From Deltaproteobacteria bacterium (GTDB lineage Bacteria > Myxococcota > Kuafuiibacteriia > Kuafuiibacteriales > Kuafuiibacteriaceae): a DNA stretch of 64,000 nucleotides. Numbering within the stretch: the first letter of the stretch is position 1; every line of letters starts with the position of its first letter. The DNA is taken from contig JAVJQW010000023.1 in NCBI GenBank assembly GCA_040218735.1, positions 608,001-672,000 of the forward strand. Reading direction: 5' to 3'. Below the pieces are notes generated by a model. That model did not search any database. It was not told the origin of the DNA and worked only from the letters and a program-made list of their open reading frames with translations. This document shows positions 61,308 to 64,000 of the stretch, piece after piece. A program made the translations under genes and the position numbers.

Positions 61308-62501
61308 TCAGTAGGGGTCCGCGACGAGGTTCTGCGGCGCGTTCTCGTCGTAGTACTTCAGCGACGTCATGACCTCGGTGCTCGAGATCCAGTCCACGCC
61401 GTGCCCACGTGACAGCAGCTGCGGGGGCGCACCGTCCTCACGCGCGGCCGGGTGGGCGACCTGCGTGGTGTCGATGATCTTTCGCAGCGTACGCGCGAGT
61501 ACATTGAAGCGAACCGCGCGGACATCCGACCACCCGGCGGCGGTCCCCCCGTTGGGCGCTGCAACCCCGGCGGGGTTCGTGAACAGCCACGAGGTCGTGA
61601 TGTCGACCGGGGCGGCGATGAACCGCTGATAGTCCGCCGACATCCCGAGCGCGATCTGGAAGTCCTCCACACCGGGGCTGATGGCGTTCTGGAGCGTGGT
61701 CGCGTCGTTGACCATGACGCGGCCCTGCACGATCGAGGAGGCGTCCGTCCGGTCGTCGATGTCCGAGCGCACCAGCCACCCGTTCGAATCGACGAAGTAC
61801 GTGCTGATGCGAGCGCACATCACCCGTGCGCCGGGTGCGACGGTGAATGGGAAGCCCGTGCCACCGGCCAGGATCGTGATGCCGGTGGCGTCCCACGAGG
61901 CGAGGAACGCCACCAAGGCGCGCCCCGCGCCGGACGGGCCGGAGTTGTCGACGATGTAGACCAGCCGGTCGACCCCAGCGCAGGGCGGAACGATCTGGGC
62001 CGGCGCTGGGAGCGCCGGATCCGCACCCGCGTTGTACGGCAACATCGCCATCGTGCTGTTGCCCTGGCGACCGAACCCAGCCGACACCGCGGACGAGCTC
62101 GGGTCGGGGACGACGAGCTGGAGCAGGTCGGTGTTCGCGCGGACCGTCAGGCCCCCCGCCCCCACGGCCGCAACGTTCGTCTCACCCGTGACCGCCGGAA
62201 TGGCCCAGTAGCCGTTCGGGGTCTGGTACCGCACCGTGTTGAACGGGATGCCACCGCCCGGATCCACGAACGCGATGGCACCGGTCGAACCGAGGCCCGC
62301 GACGCGGATGTCCGCGCGGAGCTGCTGCGTGACGGAGTGCGTCCGCGAGTGGAAGTCCGTGCGCTCGCGCCCCTTCGCGGACTGCTTGATCACGACCTGC
62401 GCGACCTTGGCCGCGACCGCGATGCTGATGACGCCGATCAGCCCGGCGACCATCACCTCGATCAGCGTGAAGCCCCGCTGCCGACGCAGACGACGAGACA
62501 T
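61308..62501 (-). CDS. PilW-like minor pilin
   Basis: RGFTLIEVMV prepilin motif; LRADIRVAG; GVEDFQI. Confidence 0.85.
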   Translation of the reverse strand: MSRRLRRQRGFTLIEVMVAGLIGVISIAVAAKVAQVVIKQSAKGRERTDFHSRTHSVTQQLRADIRVAGLGSTGAIAFVDPGGGIPFNTVRYQTPNGYWAIPAVTGETNVAAVGAGGLTVRANTDLLQLVVPDPSSSAVSAGFGRQGNSTMAMLPYNAGADPALPAPAQIVPPCAGVDRLVYIVDNSGPSGAGRALVAFLASWDATGITILAGGTGFPFTVAPGARVMCARISTYFVDSNGWLVRSDIDDRTDASSIVQGRVMVNDATTLQNAISPGVEDFQIALGMSADYQRFIAAPVDITTSWLFTNPAGVAAPNGGTAAGWSDVRAVRFNVLARTLRKIIDTTQVAHPAAREDGAPPQLLSRGHGVDWISSTEVMTSLKYYDENAPQNLVADPY

Positions 62502-63076
62502 CAGAAGAAGGCCCCGCGCGACAGCCCGCTGTCGTAGTTCGGAGCGCACAACTTCTGCACCGGGTAGTTGCGGATCCACGGCGCGTTCTCGAGGTTCGGA
62601 TCGTCCTTCGCCACGTCACCCATGACCTGACGGATGCGGACTTCGATCAGGAGCGTGGGCGGAGGCTGGGCGCCGAGGCCGGGGGCGGGCGTCGCGTCGG
62701 TCACGCGGTAGTCGGCGATCATCGCCGGGACGTAGTCCTGCATCACCGGATCCGTCGGGACCCCCAACGCCGTGATCGCGGAGCCGGCGGCGGGCGCGGT
62801 CACCCAGGCGCCGAGGACGTTCAGCCCCGGATCCGCGATGATCGGGAACGCGGCGTCGTTGGCGTCGTACTCACAGCGCGCGTCGCGGATCTGCGCCGAG
62901 ATGCGCGTGTAGAGATCCAGCGCGTTGTTGTTGAACGCGAGCGACTGGTTGGCGTCGAGGACGTTGTTGATCATCCCGAACAGCGCGGCGACGCCCGTGG
63001 CGAACACGGCGAGGGAGATGACGGCCTCGAGTAGCGTCATGCCGGCTCGGCTGCGTCTCGGCAAACGACGGCGCAT
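62501..63076 (-). CDS. PilV-like minor pilin
   Basis: AGMTLLEAVISL prepilin motif. Confidence 0.8.
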   Translation of the reverse strand: MRRRLPRRSRAGMTLLEAVISLAVFATGVAALFGMINNVLDANQSLAFNNNALDLYTRISAQIRDARCEYDANDAAFPIIADPGLNVLGAWVTAPAAGSAITALGVPTDPVMQDYVPAMIADYRVTDATPAPGLGAQPPPTLLIEVRIRQVMGDVAKDDPNLENAPWIRNYPVQKLCAPNYDSGLSRGAFF

Positions 63077-63672
63077 CACACGTCCTCGTTGCACGGCGTC
63101 GCCGCCGGCGGGCTGAGCTCGGAGGAGGAGCACATCACTCCGGACGGCAGCACGGAGAAGCCGTAGGGGCGAGATGGGTCGACGGTGCCCACGGCGAGGA
63201 TCGTGATCCACCCGCCGCCGGGCAACCCGGCCAGGCGACCGTTGGAAGTGAACTGGAAGGTGCCGGGCGGCGTGGTGATCTGCGCGGTACCGTCGGTGCG
63301 AACGTCCAGGTCGAAGATCTCGCACTCCACGGTGAGCGTCGTGCGACCGTCGGGGAGCGTCGCGGGGACGAGCGCGACCGGCACCTCGACCTGCGCCGCG
63401 TCGATGACCCGGACCTCGATGAAGTTGTTCGTCCCACCGCAGCTGCCACCGTTGGTGAGCGCCGGGGTCCCGATCCGCGCCCCCGCCACCAGCGCGAGCG
63501 TCTGGGCCTTGGCGATCATCCCCCGGAGGTGGACGACGGCGCGCTCGGCGTTCAGGCGACCGCGGGTGCGCTGGATGCTCGACACCGCGATGGTGGCGAG
63601 CACGGCGATGATGGCCACGACGACCATGGCCTCGAGGAGCGTGAAGCCCCGGCGAGCGGATCGTTTCGACAC
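63076..63672 (-). CDS. FimT/FimU-like minor pilin
   Basis: RGFTLLEAMVVVAII; FTSNGR. Confidence 0.8.
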   Translation of the reverse strand: MSKRSARRGFTLLEAMVVVAIIAVLATIAVSSIQRTRGRLNAERAVVHLRGMIAKAQTLALVAGARIGTPALTNGGSCGGTNNFIEVRVIDAAQVEVPVALVPATLPDGRTTLTVECEIFDLDVRTDGTAQITTPPGTFQFTSNGRLAGLPGGGWITILAVGTVDPSRPYGFSVLPSGVMCSSSELSPPAATPCNEDV

Positions 63673-63779
63673 GGTCGGGGACCTCTGCAGACCCCGTTCC
63701 CGCGGGCGCCGCCAGCCGAAATGCCGGCCTGCGCGCAATGCGCTTCGTTCCCTACATGCAGGGGTTGTCGTCGTGCTCC

Positions 63780-64000
63780 TCACGCCTCGGCATCGAGATT
63801 ATAGCCGAGCTCGACGTCCGGACCGAGCCGGTTGATGAGGTGCTGCTTCAGGCGCTTCCGCATCGCCTGGACGATCTGCCCCATCCGCTGCTTCGTGACC
63901 CCGAATTGCTCCCCGAGCTCCGACAGGGACATCGGATCCTCGGACATCAGGTGCTTCTCCCAAGCCATGCGCTCCCGGTCGTCTTTGAGGGTCGTCGCGA
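63780..64000 (-). CDS. Sigma-70 family (RpoH-like) factor, C-terminal region 4, partial
   Basis: PMSLSELGEQFGVTKQRMGQI HTH; 5' part lies beyond the window. Confidence 0.8.
   Translation of the reverse strand, partial: ATTLKDDRERMAWEKHLMSEDPMSLSELGEQFGVTKQRMGQIVQAMRKRLKQHLINRLGPDVELGYNLDAEA

Overview
High-GC DNA whose gene content (Cys-rich lipoproteins, DUF1592/DUF1552 pair, multidomain Ser/Thr kinase, minor pilins) suggests a Myxococcota-like bacterium (inference). The right half (32.2-64 kb) is mostly core chromosome: NUDIX, RimK-TrkA-C, GAF kinase, MscS, ferritin-like protein, polA, Ser/Thr kinase, degenerate HD-GYP/HEAT pair, asnB, FemAB-like protein, pilins and a sigma factor. One small low-GC islet (YqcI/YcgG protein plus a double methyltransferase) sits in the 3' end of the HD-GYP gene. 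The left half is a tandem array of integrated units anchored on a tRNA-Lys(TTT) gene (32068-32140, - strand). The 43-bp tRNA 3' half recurs at 20520, 13911 and 7666, flanked by conserved arms with fixed-spaced 11-bp tandem motifs, so each junction looks like an attP site. Only the tRNA-proximal unit keeps a (broken) tyrosine integrase. The cargo is almost all conflict/defence genes: Gabija, PIN-TM-HTH, PD-(D/E)XK nuclease, a tRNA-like RNA with AAT anticodon, FRG, a giant helical-repeat nuclease, and two head-to-head Rhs toxin/immunity modules. In the two proximal units each cargo block follows an oriIS-like end of an ISCR/IS91-type rolling-circle element. The best candidate for an undescribed system is this integron-like, tRNA-anchored cassette array, apparently loaded by a rolling-circle transposase. 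All family assignments come from motif recognition by eye; no searches were run.
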